A stretch of DNA of 64,000 nucleotides from Gammaproteobacteria bacterium (GTDB lineage: Bacteria; Pseudomonadota; Gammaproteobacteria; Natronospirales; JAJUFS01). The stretch is from NCBI GenBank assembly GCA_036381175.1, contig DASVDI010000005.1, forward strand, positions 129 to 64,128. The letters run 5' to 3'. Made by a program: the position numbers and the translations under genes. A model generated the notes under the pieces. That model saw only the letters and a list, made by a program, of their open reading frames with translations, did not search any database and was not told the origin of the DNA. This document shows positions 63,838-64,000 of this stretch, in pieces (position 1 is the first letter of the stretch; the number at the start of each line of letters is the position of its first letter).

Positions 63838-63894
63838 TAGTGCTCCTAGTGCTCTGTGTGCTACCTGTGCTCTGATAGTGCTCCCAGTGCTCCG
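63838..63894. repeat. Iteron-like array: six GTGCT(C) cores spaced 9-9-9-11-9 bp, next to an AT-rich tract
   Basis: TAGTGCTCC TAGTGCTCT GTGTGCTAC CTGTGCTCT GATAGTGCTCC CAGTGCTCC. The core Gs are at 63840, 63849, 63858, 63867, 63878 and 63887. AT-rich DNA spans about 63780-63835. Confidence 0.75.
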
Positions 63895-64000
63895 GAAAAG
63901 CAAGGCGGAATCCCATCAGAATTCCTGAGCCAAGTGCTTGAGGAGCGCGGCAGATCCACGACGGATTGAGTCCGTCCAGGCGTCCGCAGTAGGAAATCGA

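Noticed and set aside
63838-63894. The GTGCT repeat array as a CRISPR array.
   Set aside because: The repeat units are only 9-11 bp with no spacers, there are no cas genes, and the total length is under 60 bp.
63916-64000. The 3' end of a minus-strand ORF entering from beyond the right edge (..RFPTADAWTDSIRRGSAALLKHLAQEF*, stop at 63918-63916).
   Set aside because: Only about 28 codons are visible, the frame choice is ambiguous, and no family is recognisable. It is not reported as a feature. It might be the replication or recombination gene associated with the iteron-like array.
49450-64000. The idea that the low-G+C array of small ORFs is a chromosomal integron cassette array.
   Set aside because: There is no intI-like gene and no recurring attC-type imperfect palindrome with RYYYAAC/GTTRRRY ends between ORFs. 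Genes lie on both strands with their own divergent promoters, which does not fit cassette organisation.

Overview
High-G+C proteobacterial chromosome window; the gene content looks gammaproteobacterial. I have no tools, so every call rests on reading the ORF translations and the DNA by eye.

Positions 1 to about 49.4 kb are ordinary, densely coding core genome:
- an LPS inner-core/lipid A cluster: waaA, hldE, an LpxL-family acyltransferase, a GT2, kdkA, a GT9 heptosyltransferase and an O-antigen-ligase/GT2 fusion
- glnE, dsbA, a LysR/EamA divergent pair, uup, an FKBP lipoprotein and a histidine kinase/OmpR-type regulator pair
- an elaB/yqjE/yqjK-like operon
- an S46 dipeptidyl-peptidase gene broken by a single in-frame TAA
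- a LuxR regulator next to two ferritin-like genes
- an MFS pump, a PAS-GGDEF-EAL protein, a ydbS/ydbT-like pair and cfa
- a cytochrome-c lipoprotein translationally coupled to a Cyc2-like CXXCH beta-barrel
- MAPEG and RRM proteins, a DUF1028/ybdK/M20 cluster, an EF-hand protein, DUF817 and a Qnr/MfpA-like pentapeptide protein.

From roughly 49.4-51.7 kb to the right edge the G+C content drops (judged by eye, not computed) and the content becomes accessory:
- three copies of an XRE-HTH gene overlapping a signal-peptide gene, each with a divergent small ORF
- a HigB/HigA-like toxin-antitoxin pair, decayed gene fragments and duplicated gene-end handles
- a T9 frameshift that cuts off a signal peptide
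- a PD-(D/E)xK-like gene.

The most unusual element is a tightly packed minus-strand operon: orf186, a tRNA-Arg(UCU)-like gene carrying a 36-nt hairpin insertion at anticodon-loop position 37/38, a Hanks-type Ser/Thr kinase, and orf390. It is preceded by six 9-bp-spaced GTGCT repeats and an AT-rich tract.

I saw no integrase, transposase, CRISPR array or rRNA in the window.
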